A DNA stretch of 64,000 nucleotides from Octopus sinensis. Its lineage: Eukaryota. Positions 25,031-37,429 of the stretch are shown in pieces. A program made the translations under genes and the position numbers. Under the pieces are notes generated by a model. That model saw nothing but the letters and a program-made list of their open reading frames with translations, did no database searches and was not told where the DNA came from. The stretch lies in assembly GCF_006345805.1 (NCBI RefSeq), contig NC_043007.1, forward strand, positions 53,010,001-53,074,000, written 5' to 3'. Position 1 is the stretch's first letter, and each line of letters begins with the position of its first letter.

Positions 25031-26249
25031 AATAACGTCTGCTTTCCATGCTAGCATGGGTTGGACGGTTCAACTGGGGTCTGGCAAGCCCGAAGGCTGC
25101 ACCAGGCCAGTCAGATCTGGCAGTGTTTCTACAGCTGGATGCCCTTCCTAACGCCAACCACTCCGAGAGTGTAGTGGGTGATTTTATGTGCCACCGACAC
25201 AGGTGCCAGACGAGGCTGGCAGACGGCCACGCTCGGATGGTGTTTTTTATGTGCCACCGACACAGGTGCCAGATGAGGCTGGCTGACGGCCACGCTCGGA
25301 TGGTGTTTTCTTATGTGTCACCGACACAGGTGCCAGACGGGGCTGGCGGACGGCCACGCTCAGATGGTGTTTGTTACGTGCCCTCAGCACGGAGGCCAGT
25401 CGTTGCGGTACTGGCTACGATCACGTTCGGATGGTTTTCTTATGTGCCACCGGCACTGGTACCACAAGGTTACAAATTCCATTGATGTTCATCTATTTTG
25501 ATTTGGTTCGATTTGATTTGATTTGATTCGATTCGATTCTCACTTGCCTCAACAGGTCTTCACAAGTGTCACAAGAAGGAAGGTATGCACAGGTGGACTG
25601 ACTACGTCCCAGGTAGGGGCCACGGATTATGGCTTCACTAGTCTTGCCGGGTCTTCTCACGCACAGCATACTTCCATAGGTCTCGGTCTCTAGTCATTTC
25701 CATGGTGAGACCTAACGTCCGAAGGTCGTGCTTCACCACTTCGTCCCAGGTTTTCCTGGGTCTACCTCTTCCACGGGTTCCCTCAACTGCTAGGGATCGG
25801 CACTTTCTCACACACCTATCTTCATCCATTCTCGCCACATGACCATACCAGCGCAATCGTCTCTCTTGCACACAACAACTGATGCTTCTTAGGTACAACA
25901 TTTCTCTCAAGGTACTAACGCTCTGTCGAGTAAGTACACTGACATTACACATCCATCGGAGCATACTGGCTTCGTTCCTCACAAGCTTACGCATGTCCTC
26001 AGCAGTCACGGCCCATGTTTCACTGCCATGTAGCATAGCTGTTCGTACACATGCATCATACAGTCTGCCTTTTACTCTGAGCGAGAGGCCTTTAGTCACC
26101 AGCAGAGGTAAGAGCTCCCTAAACTTTGCCCAGGCTATTCTTATTCTAGCAGTTACACTTTCAGCGCACCCGCCCCCACTACTGACTTGGTCACCTAGAT
26201 AGCGGAAGCTATCAACTACTTCTAGTTTTTCCCCCCGGAAAGTGACGGA

Positions 26250-26250
<1 letters not shown>
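25031..26250 (-). mobile_element. 5'-truncated RTE-clade LINE inserted in (TA)n
   Basis: [14 protein letters not shown]...RRLRWYGHVARM...GRPRKTW, nearly identical to the copy at 5952-7795. (TA)n on both sides (24990-25019 and 26251-26391). Confidence 0.92.
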
Positions 26251-26286
<36 letters not shown>

Positions 26287-26309
26287 ATATATAATATATA
26301 TATACACAC

Positions 26310-26362
<53 letters not shown>

Positions 26363-27119
26363 TATATACATATATATATATATACATATATAGTTCCGGT
26401 TCCGCAGAGAAAGACGTGATTGCCTTTGCTCTGTGAAAAAAAGCAGAAAAGTTTGCATAGATCGGCGAAATAACCTACTGAAAGTAGCAAAGCGTAAAAC
26501 TCTAAGTTATAGAGATCGCTACAACACATTGGTTAAAAATATATTAATCAAAAACGTAATATATTTTGCCTGAGGCCAAGTGTAATACAGTAAATCCCTT
26601 TTGCCGAAAAAGCACACGGTGGTAACGTACTTATTAAATTAACTTATCTCCTGTAAGAAAGAAACAGAAAAAAGAAGCATTGGAAAATAATTCCGTTAAG
26701 CAGGAAAATTCAGGCTGCATCGTTGTGGATAAGTATCACCTTCTTCTATTTCATATTTTATTTGTTATTCAATTTCCCTAACTTGAGCATCTCCGTTAGA
26801 GTTTGCGACGCCATTTTTGTTGTTTACATACGGAGAGTGACTATCTCTCAGTCTCTGGTCTCGCTTTTCATACCTCTATTCATACCTCTATCTTCTAATT
26901 AGCTTTAAGATTAAATAACGTTTTTACCCACACTTTAATATTGTTAATATATTTTCCCTCACTTTCTTTTTCTTCCTTCCACCTTCTCTCTCTCTCCGTT
27001 TGTGTATATGTGTGTGTGCACGTGTATGTATATATGTATACGTATATATGCATGGACGTGAACTTTAATGAATATAGATAGATAAATAAATAAATAGATA
27101 GATAAATAAACAATCTTTC

Positions 27120-27920
27120 CTCTCTCACCTTCTCATCTCTCTTCTTTCAGCCATTCAATCTTTACTTCTCTCTATCACACCATCTCTCTTCTTTCAGCCA
27201 TTCAATCTTCCCTTGTCTCTTCACTTCTCCACTTCTCTCTGTCACAATCTTTCCTCTCTCACCCTCTCAATCTCTCTAAATATATAGTCGCACAGCTCTC
27301 AATTTCTCTAAATACACAGTCACTTCTCTCTGTCACAATTTTTCCTCTCTCACCTTCTCAATCTCTCTAAATATATAGTCGCACAGCTCTCAATCTCTCT
27401 CACCTTCTCAACCTCTCTAAATATATAGTCGCACAGCTCTTAATCTCTCTAAATACACAGTCACTTCTCTCTGTCACAATCTTTCCTCTCTCACCTTCTC
27501 ATTTTCTCTAAATATATAGTCGAATAAATATATATCTTCTTATCTTCTCTCAGCTCGCAATCTTTCCTCTCAATCTCTCTAGATATATAGTCGCACAGCT
27601 CTCAATCTCTCTAAATACACAGTCATTTCTCTGTCACAATCTTTCCTCTCTCACCTTCTCAATCTCTCTAAATATATAGTCGCACAGCTCTCAATCTCTC
27701 TAAATACACAGTCACTTCTCTCTGTCACAATCTTTCCTCTCTCACCTCAATTTCTCTAAATATATAGTCGCATAAATATATATCTTCTTATCTTCTCTCA
27801 GCTCTCAATCTTTCCTCTCTCACCTTCAATCTCTCTAAATATATAGTCGTATAAATATATATCTTCTTATCTTCTCTCAGCTCTCAATCTCCCTAAATAC
27901 ACAGTCACTTTCTTTCTCTG
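27120..27920 (+). repeat. CT-rich tandem array upstream of LINE ORF1
   Basis: Repeated modules ctctctaaatatatagtcgcacagctctcaat and ctctctaaatacacagtcacttctctctgtcacaatctttcctctctcacc in variable order. Confidence 0.9.
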
Positions 27921-27986
27921 CCCTCTGTCACACTATTGAATTTTGAACATAATTAGATAGATAAATAAATAGATAGATTATCCAAC

Positions 27987-28889
27987 ATGTCCAGAGCCTG
28001 GAGACCTGACGAACTGGCGTTGTTCGTATGAGCCTGGAAATGCGCCGACGGAGATAACCCTAACAATGTGTTTACGGCTGCACTGAAGAGCGGCAGCTAC
28101 AAAAGAACAATAGCTCAGATAGAGCGAAAGAAACAGGAATTCGTGCGCTCCTATGTGCTTATACGGTCGCACATTGGCACACGCGATGCCATCTTTGAGA
28201 ACGAGCAGGGCAAAGATGGCAAGAATGGAGACGATGAAAGAAGTCACCCCCACCTGGTGGACACCCGGGAAGAGGTTTTGAGTGAGAAACCTGCCCGGGA
28301 AGTGAACCCAAGTGCAAGTGCTCCTACTGGCAGCAAGGGCCATGGAGATGGAGAACCCAGGGAAGAAGTAGAGGGAGGAAGAACTAAAAGAAGGACTGAA
28401 AGAGCTAAAGGAAAAGCTCAAGCAGGACCAAAGGGTGAAACAACCAGGAATAGAAGTGGAACCGCAAAGGATGGAAACAAACAGCGCACACGGGTGTGCA
28501 GGTTCTACCTGAGAGGTACCTGCTGGCATGGAAAGGAAGGTGCAGGCTGCCGCATTGCACATCGGGGACCCTGCCGCAGAGACACGAAACAGATAAACAA
28601 ACCATCAACACAAGGAAAAGGGATGGACCACGCACCATCTGCCCCAAAACGGAGGTACGCAGATGTGGTGCGTGCCACAAACCGCCAACATGATGTTGTT
28701 GAAAGGGCAGCTGCTGAGCAGCAATCTTTTTTGTGCATGGCACAAAAGATTGTACAGCAGCTGACCTGGCTTCATCAAACCCAAGCTCGCAGGTGGGACT
28801 ACCCACTATATACAAGACCACCACAGCAAACAGACCCAGGATGGACACCGCCGGCAACAACATACACCTCACCTCGATGCTCCTACTGA
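27987..28889 (+). pseudogene. LINE ORF1 with CCCH-type zinc finger (one in-frame TGA at 28029)
   Basis: ATG at 27987 is in frame with ORF 28068-28889. CRFYLRGTCWHGKEGAGCRIAH at about 28495-28562. Confidence 0.75.
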
Positions 28890-31840
28890 ACATCAGAGGA
28901 CTGCAAACACTCAGTAACAGGACAAAAATCCCGTTCTTGAGAGACTTTGTTGCATGCAATCAAGCCTTATGCATAGCACTTACGGAAACGCACCTGAAAC
29001 CGGACATAGCAGATGCGGAGTTACACATACCACAGTATGTCGTACTACGGACCGACAGGAAAGAAAGGAGTCATGGAGGAGTTGCTATGTACATCCGTGA
29101 GGACCTCACACCCCAGGTCCTCTTGTCATACTCAAACTCGGTGTGTGACACACTAATTGTACATATAAGGCAACTTGATGTAGTTGTGTATGCTACATAT
29201 CGCCCTCCAGATGCCCCAAGCCATGTGGGCAAGTTTGAAGACTGCCTTTTAAAAATAGAAGAAGTTCTAATCACATTAGAACAACACATAAGTGTACTTC
29301 TTATGGGAGACTTCAATCTACCTAATGTCAGATGGCCGAGGGCCTTTCTCTCCCAGGAATGACAAGATGTGAACGAGGACAGGCGAGGTCCCTCCTGAAC
29401 CTCACCAACACCCTGTACATGGAGCAAGTAATACTCCAACCAACCAGGGCAGGTAACACACTGGATCTCTGCTTCACAAATGACATGTATCTCATCCATA
29501 ATGTGAAAGTGACACCGACACTACTCTCGGATCACAACATGGTAGAGCTGACCATGTACGGGCCAAAAGAGAGCACGGACATGCAGCCTACAAGAAACCC
29601 CCACAATCTTTCCAGCTTGAACTACCATAAGGCAAATTGGAAACAAATTGAGAAAGAGATCCTCAAACAAAACTGGCCTAAATGTCTCTCCTCGCCAGGC
29701 ATCGACGTGAAACTTCAACAATTCATGTCTGTAATGCAAACCATATGCTACAAATGTGTCCCAGAGAGAAAGGCCACTGTACACAAGAACAAAATCCCCA
29801 GAGAGAGGAAAATTTTAATGAGACGGCGTACAAATATTTCAAATTGCCTAAACAAACAGATTGAAAGCAGTGAAAAGTCCCGCCTGAAAATAAAACTGTT
29901 GGAAATTGAAAAATGTCTGCAACTCTCCCATGAAAAGGAAAGAGCAGACAAAGAAGCCTGGGCTATAGACAACATAAAACTAACCCCAGAGCTTTCTACA
30001 GGTATGCCAAAGAAACAGCTACGGTGCACTGTAGAATAGGGCCACTCCTCGAAAAGTAGCGCACACTTACAGGAAAACCAATACGGGTAAGAGAAATACT
30101 GAATGAGCAATTGAAGAGTGTTTTCACTCCACCCCTTGGGCATCTCCAAATCACCAATCCAACTGACTTCTTTACCACTGCAGATATAAAATCAGAGGCG
30201 GCGACGATAGATTACATCGATATAAAGGAAGACGATGTAATCAAGGCTATAGATGAAATGAAAACAGACTCAGCTACTGGCCCCGATGGATTCCCGGCAA
30301 TCCTCCTAAAAGCATGTAAGAGAGTCCTAGCAAGACCACTGCAGTTCCTCTTTCAGAGCTTCCTTGCAGCTGGCAAACTTCCAAGAAAACTGAAGGAAGG
30401 TAAAATATGCCCCATTCATAAAGGAGGTAGCAGAGCGGAGGCCAAGAACTACAGACCTATCTCTCTGACCTCACACATCAGCAAGGTCATGGAACGAATA
30501 GTCAGAAGGAAACTAATCACCTTCCTTGAAGAAAATGACTTGCTGCCCGACACCCAACATGGTTTCTGACCAGGGAGAAGTTGTTTAACTCAGCTCCTAC
30601 AACACTATGACTGGGTGCTGAAAAGGCTGCTCAACCACTCAAATGTGCAAGCGATATATCTCGACTCTGCAAAGGCCTTTGATAAAGTCGATCATGGAAT
30701 GATATGTCACAAACTGCGTGATCTCAACATAGTTGGAAAACCGGGAGAATGGCTTCATGACTTTCTGAAAGATAGAAGTCAGGTGGTAGTAGCCAATGGG
30801 GCCACTTCCATTAACACGCAAATAGTGAGCGGTGTTCTGCAGGGCACTGTTCTGGGACCACTACTGTTCATAATGGCCCTCTCAGACATGCCCTCAGCCA
30901 CGCAGAGAGCCACGATCACAAGTTATGCAGATGATACAAAAGTTTCACAGGCAATACAGAACCCTGAGGACACTAAACGCCTGCAATGTGAGCTGGACAA
31001 AATATACAAGTGGGCTGAAAAGAATAGCATGCAGTTCAATGCTGAAAAGTTTCAAGCTTTATACTATCAGCATGCAAAACTGAATGCAATATCCAATGAA
31101 TACACTGGACCCGGAGGAATAGCAATCCCAGAGGCACAATCAGTGCGTGACCTGGGTATTTACATGAGTGATGACGCAACCTTTCGTGTACATGTTGCTA
31201 AATTGGCAATGAAATGTAGACGACTGGCCGGATGGATTCTCAGAACCTTTAGAACAAGAGAACCAGAAACCGTGTTGGTCCTCTGGAGGACACTTGTCCT
31301 AAGCCACGTTGACTACTGCTCTCAGTTATGGTCACCATCCAGTGTCAAGTTGATCACAGAGCTCGAGGCGATCCAGCGTAGCTACATGAAGAAGATAGCC
31401 TCTATGCAGAATGTAAGCTACTGGGAAAGGCTCAAGAGATTAAAACTATATTCCTTGGAGCGTAGGCGGGAAAGATATGCCATAATATACTTCTGGAAGA
31501 TCCTGGAGGGACGTGTCCCAAACTTTGGCATCGAGAGTTACACAAATGCCAGAACTGGGCGCCACTGCGTGGTGCCTAGGTCTCCAAATTTGCCATCAAG
31601 ATGTAGGACAAGATACTGTGATAGCCTGGGCTTCTGAGGCCCACAGCTCTTCAATATCCTCCCAAAGAACCTGAGAGACCTGCATGGGGTGGATGCAGAT
31701 GTCTTTAAAATGAAACTGGATATCTTCCTGTCGGGTGTCCCAGATGAACCAACTTCACAGCAGGAGGTGCAGATGAGGGCAGCCGCATCGAACTCTCTCA
31801 TGCACCAAATGGCAGTTGCTAAAAAGCTTTCGTGAAGAAA
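28868..31840 (+). pseudogene. LINE ORF2 (APE endonuclease plus reverse transcriptase), disabled
   Basis: LLNIRGL, IALTETHL, RTDRKERSHGGVAMY, LMGDFNLP, LSDHNMV; GPDGFP, NYRPISLTS, QHGF*PGRSC, YLDSAKAFDKV, GVLQGTVLGPLLF, YADDTK. Frameshifts at about 29340 and 30000; stops at 30567 and 31635. Confidence 0.93.
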
Positions 31841-32810
31841 ACCATGTAGCAACACCAAATGGCGGTTCTCCACCATGGCCGCAGCTCATGAGCTGAAACT
31901 AGAATCAATCAATCAATCAATCATATATATATCACCACTCGTGTTCGACATCTCCTTTTTTTTATATATATATACATATACATATATATATATATATATA
32001 TATACATATATATATACATATTAATTCATCCCGTATCTCTACCAGTAATATTTTCATGCAAAATTGTCTGACCTCTAGTTGTTAATCTGTTTATTATTAT
32101 TATTATTATTATTCTGATCCCTAGTCGTCACTCTGTTTATTATTTCAGCCTCGCCTCGTTTTTGCATACTCTGTATAATTCATTAGTTATCGTTATAGAT
32201 ATTTAAGATCTCCCTTACAGGGCTGATCGAAATGGCTGCCGATTCTTCGCGGGGTGCCACTTTCTCTCTTTCCTTCTCTCCCCCTCTTTCACATTGTTTT
32301 GACTCCTCTTCCTACTCCTCTCCATTGCTAAGCATTCTTAAGCTAGTAACCTGCCTCATTCTTGATTTCAAATTCCTTTTGCCGAGTTGTATATCGATTA
32401 AGCCTCTTGTCTCGAATTGCTCTCATCATTATGTGCCGATAATTTCTCTATCTCTCCCTAAATATCCCTTTATTATTATGTGCTGCGATAATTTTGCCCG
32501 TCCAAGTCCTCACTCTCTCCTCTATCAACCTTCGCGTATTCGCGGTGCGCTCGCCCTCACCCGCCCCCACCACCAATACCGGATATCTCTATATTTTTGC
32601 TCCATCTATACCGGATGTCGCTTCTCCCACCACCATTATAGGAGTCTACTCTTCGAACCCCCCTCTTCAATGAGCTATTTCACCATGCATTACCCCTCTC
32701 GTGATATCCTACGTTCTACTTGTCTAGAACCTGTCATCGTTTCTCCGAGCACCCCTCCACACTGGTGCTCCCCTATTCCTGCACCCCCCCACATAAAAAG
32801 CACCATCCGA

Positions 32811-32910
32811 NNNNNNNNNNNNNNNNNNNNNNNNNNNNNNNNNNNNNNNNNNNNNNNNNNNNNNNNNNNNNNNNNNNNNNNNNNNNNNNNNNNNNNNNNN
32901 NNNNNNNNNN
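32811..32910. other. Assembly gap (100 N)
   Basis: Run of N in the sequence. Confidence 1.
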
Positions 32911-33600
32911 TACTTTCCCTCTCTTCGTGCTACAGCTAATTACTTTCTTACGCTGTCTGCTATACTGAATATACTCAAACGTTCACTTATCCATGAGTGT
33001 GAGATCATGTCATAAGCTTTCCTATAATCTGTCCATGATATAGTTACTTTTTCCTGTCACGCTTTTACTTCATTTAGAATTGCTTTGCCTATGTATAATA
33101 AACCATGCGTCTCTCTAGCCTTCTTCCTGTAACATTTCTCTTCTTGCAGTAAATTCTGGGTGTCAAGGTGCTCGTAAAGGCTTTCTAAAAGCATTCCTGT
33201 TAACACAGCGTCCACCACTTCAATCGGCATTTTTTCCTAACCCTTTACTCATTAATGCACTAGTTAGTCTTAGATCTATTCTATTGAGATCTTCACTTTA
33301 TTTTGTAATCTCCGTTTCCACATTTGCTCTTTTCTAATCTTGTCTTGTTGAATATCTAATCTTCTAGTAACTACTACCGCTCCTGCATAGATCAATAAGT
33401 TAGTGTCTCCTATAGTTTTAGTATCTATTCTACTGATAAGAGAATCTACTTTCCTTAGTAATATCTAGCAGCTTCCGTCTGTTTGGTTCCTTTTAATGCT
33501 GGCAATCTTTTTTTTACTCATATGTTTGCAGCTTTTGTGTAGAGATCTTGCAGTCCCATCTGTTTACATTTCAGGTATTTGCTGCTGTGCTGGCGCATCT
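32911..33600 (-). mobile_element. R4/Dong-type RT N-terminal fragment, degenerate
   Basis: Minus strand reads TNLLIYAGAVVVTRRL and LYEHLDTQNLLQEEKCYRKKARETHGLLYIGKAIL...WTDYRKAYDMISHSWI (R4-like RT motifs). Confidence 0.7.
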
Positions 33601-33619
33601 GGAGAAGTTATTTCTTTCT

Positions 33620-33670
<51 letters not shown>

Positions 33671-33758
33671 TATGATGGTTTCAGATTTCGCTATTCGCTG
33701 CGGTCCTTTTCTTGTTTAATCATTATCATTATCATTATCATTGTTATTATTATTATTA

Positions 33759-33795
<37 letters not shown>

Positions 33796-33837
33796 TATTA
33801 TTATTATTTTAATCTGGCAGAATCATCACCACACTAG

Positions 33838-34680
33838 GCAAGATGCTTAGCAGTATTTCGTCCGTCTTTACGTTCTGAGTTCAAATTCCGCTGAGGTCGA
33901 CTTTATCTTTTATTCTTTCGGAGTCGACAAATAATAACAGTTGAGCACTGAGGTTGATGTAATCGACTGTACCATGCCCTAAAATTTCAGGCCTTGTGCC
34001 AATACCAAAAGGATTATTACTATTATCAAAAGAAACGTCAACCTTTCGCTGTGGTTGACTTTGCCTCTCATCATTTCGAGGTTAATAAAGTCAGTACCAG
34101 ACTTATACCTTCCCCTAAATTTTCAGGCCTTGTGCCAAAATTTTAAACCATTATTATTAGTAGAATAAAAAATAATTCCAAACATTTAAATATGGTACAT
34201 CCTTTTACTTTTATTTTTTAACTCTTAGAGTAGTAAGGAAAAAAAACAACAAAATATACATTTCTTGAAGCATCAAAGAATTTTAATAGAGCCCAATATT
34301 CATCTCAGTATTTCAATGCTGAATACAATATCCACAGATTGAAATTGATGATCATTAACGTAATATATATATATATATATAGTTGTCGAGATTTCTCCAA
34401 AATGCACTTTTTAATGACGAAATGCTTAACGTGGTATGCATTCGAAAAGGCGGCGAGCTGCAGAAACGTTTGCACGCCGGGCGAAATGCGTAGCCGTTTT
34501 CGTCGGCCGTTACGTTCTGAGTTCAAATTCCGCCGAGGTCGACTTTGCTTTTCATCCTTTCGGGGTCGATAAAATAAGTACCAGTTACACATTGGAGTCG
34601 ATATAATCGGCTTGATCCGTTTGTCTATCCTTGTTTGTCCTCTCTGTGTTTAGCCCCTTGTGGGTAGTAAAGAAATAGGT
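33838..34680 (+). mobile_element. Cluster of three tRNA-derived SINE copies or fragments
   Basis: gttctgagttcaaattccgc.gaggtcgacttt at about 33875 and 34515. Copies at about 33838-34030, 34040-34160 and 34447-34680. Confidence 0.8.
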
Positions 34681-35429
34681 ATGCATTCGAAATACGTTTA
34701 AAGCACGACAATACTGCCAGTATTTTAACGATGAATGAAGATATACTTCGTAATATATTTAACAAAACGTTAAAGCTAATCGAAAGGGCGGTTTACGATT
34801 TATATATCCCTTCTCGTAATCTGTTGGACGGCCTGATGAAATAGATGAAATGGCCTGTGATTTATATGACTTAATGCAGGAAGTATGAATAATTTACCAT
34901 GCTTCTGAAACATGTTTTTCATGTTCTATGTAACTGTGTATATATGCGTGTGTGTGTGTGTGTGTGAAAATGAAAGGCTTGTTGAAATTTTGTCTTTAAT
35001 AATAGTTGTAATATTTTTGCTATTTATTCAAGTCGTTCTCATATATATAGTTTCTCGTTTTGTTAATAGATATCACTTATCATTGCAATACTTTTTTCAA
35101 ATAATTCAGTACAACTAAGCACAAAATTTGTAATTTTAAAACTTTCTTCCTCCTTCACTGCTACCAGTTTGTTTGAAATATATGTTTTCATTTTTCTTTG
35201 AAGTTCTACTTTAAAAATAATAATGTATTGCCATCCAGATTCAACTGCAATACTTTCAGCAAGGTTTTAATGTAGAAGCTGCATTAAATAGAAATGTGGT
35301 ACGTGTTTCTGATCCGGACATATTACTTCCTCTTCTGTCACATTTTTCATTACAAACAATTATTTGGAATCTAAAATACCATAAACACACACACACACCA
35401 TATATATTTTATATGTATATATGTGTGTG

Positions 35430-35478
<49 letters not shown>

Positions 35479-35796
35479 AACAAGAAAGTGTCTCAATTTG
35501 AAGCATTTCTATCATTTCTATTAACTTGTTAATTATTATCATTAATTCAAGAAATTATGCTCTGTCGATTTCTCACATGAAAACAATCCAGTATACTGCA
35601 ACTTTTAACATAATTATATGTAATCAAACTTGTGCAATATTTTTGTCACTGTGTATAAATATACACATATATTTCTTTGTATGTATTTCCATGTTTTGTA
35701 CATTTAAAACAGAACGTGACAATTGTTCTGATAACGTTGTTAATGGTTTAACAATGTCTTGATTCTTAACTTTTAGTTTTCCTTTGATTTTGATGG

Positions 35797-37310
35797 TCAG
35801 TTAATATAACCACGCCTTGTTGTTTCATCTCTTTCAAATTTAGCTGGAAAAGTCATTATTTTGTTATCTGATAAATCCAATAATTTAATAGCGGGCAACT
35901 TACAAATAGTATTTGGAACAGTTTCGATTACGTTGTCTTTGAGTATGAGTTCTTGTAGGCGGTGCATATTCCATAGGTCTTTCGGTATGGTTTTTATATG
36001 ATTTCCTGTCAAATCTAGTTTTTTTAACCCTATATATTGATGTGAAACTAGGTGGAATAGCATTGACACGATTTCCTATCAATATTAAGACACATATCGA
36101 AGCCATAACATCCATTTTAGCATCAGGGAATTCTCTAATGGTATTATATGACAGATCAACATAACTTAGCCCTATCATATCCCGAAATCTTCTGGCAAAT
36201 CAGTAAGCTGATTCAAAGAAAGATCTAATTCGTTCAACAACACATATTTAACATTCCCTCAGGAATTTCCTTGATCTTATTAGAAGACGCATTAATTTAC
36301 GTAAACGTACAAATCCATCAATTTTCTTTGGCAATTCTGTTATTTCATTGCTATTAATATGAAGTTCTATTAGATTTCGAAGCTTACAAATATTATCAGG
36401 AATACCTCTGAGGTTGTTATGGTCCACGGCTAGTACCTCTAACATCTTACATCGACCAAGAGAAAGCGGAATGTCCTCTAACCCAATATTACTTAGGTAT
36501 AAATGTGTTAGAAACTTTTGAATTCTGCTTTTCGGCAATAACGCCTAAAATAGATTTTGGATCGGTTGCTAGTGGGTTCCCAGACAATTTTAGTTGCTCT
36601 ATAGATTTTGGAACTGAGAATTGGAAACCATACAGTTTGTCACATCAATAATACGTAGAAATTTCATCTCCCCTAAATATTTTGGTAACGTGTAGAAACT
36701 ATTTTCGGATACGTCGAATTCCTCCATAAACATGAATCTACTATAGATCGAGTTCCTCCTTAAGGTTATTTTTAGCGAATTAAAACTTTTAATAACTTGA
36801 TTAGCTCCAAGATATGTTGGAAGTAAGTAATACCATTGTCACTGAAGTTGACATTTTTCAAAGACTTGATTCTGCTGCCGAGATCTGTGGAAAGACGGAA
36901 TATTGTTGCCAGCAACGTCCAAAGTAATTAAATGGGTTAGATTACCAATGTCAAAAGGAATACTAGTAAGCTGATTGTTGGCAAAATAAAGGTGTTCCAA
37001 GCTGAATAACTTACCAACAGTGAAAAACTTTGATATCTGGTTTCCTGACAGATTTAAAGATTTAAGCGACACTAATTCAAGAAAATTGCTTGGTACCTGG
37101 TAATCAAATTATCTGCTAAATTTAGAGTTTCTATGCGTTTTAATATTCCGAAATCTGATGGTATCTCTGAAATTTGATTTGAATTCAGTAGAAGCGTGTG
37201 TAGTCCATACTCCCAGCCTGCACACTATACGAGGAAGCACGCAAATTTGATTATGAGATGCATCTAAATAACGCAGGTTGACCAAAACGTCCGATGTTTT
37301 CTGACAGTTC
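35797..37310 (-). CDS. Large exon of a leucine-rich-repeat protein (about 20 typical LRRs), interrupted by many frameshifts
   Basis: LxxLxLxxNxL/IxxIP units in shifting frames: LRYLDASHNQICVLP, LHTLLLNSNQISEIP, LKSLNLSGNQIS, LEHLYFANNQLTSIP, LEVLAVDHNNLRGIP, LIELHINSNEITELP, LSYVDLSYNTIREFP, LKKLDLTGNHIKTIP, LQELILKDNVIETVP. Pyrimidine tract plus AG acceptor at 37311-37312; TGA at 35797-35799. Confidence 0.75.
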
Positions 37311-37429
37311 CTGTCGATAGTGAAAAACCTTGTTGAAATGCATTTATGATAACGTTTGCATAAACAGTGAAAAAAAGAATAACTATAATAACGATAAGCT
37401 ATTGTATGGAAATTATGGCTACAGTAATA

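Larger units (their letters stand above)
26392..31925 (+). mobile_element. Near-full-length CR1/L2-group LINE (5' boundary approximate)
   Basis: ORF1, then APE-RT ORF2, then an (ATCA)n tail at about 31905-31925. Flanked by (TA)n on both sides. Confidence 0.85.

Noticed and set aside
27120-27920. Tandem array as a possible CRISPR-like repeat-spacer array
   Set aside because: There are no unique spacers; it consists of shuffled modules of the same sequence in a eukaryotic LINE 5' region, with no cas genes.
32113-32810. ORF 32232-32939 and CT-rich sequence before the gap
   Set aside because: The ORF runs through the N gap and has no motifs. The sequence looks like low-quality contig-end consensus, possibly the garbled 3' part of the R4 element beyond the gap.
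34833-34860. CTGATGA...GAAA match
   Set aside because: No pairing stem II or stem III and no PLE context; a chance match.
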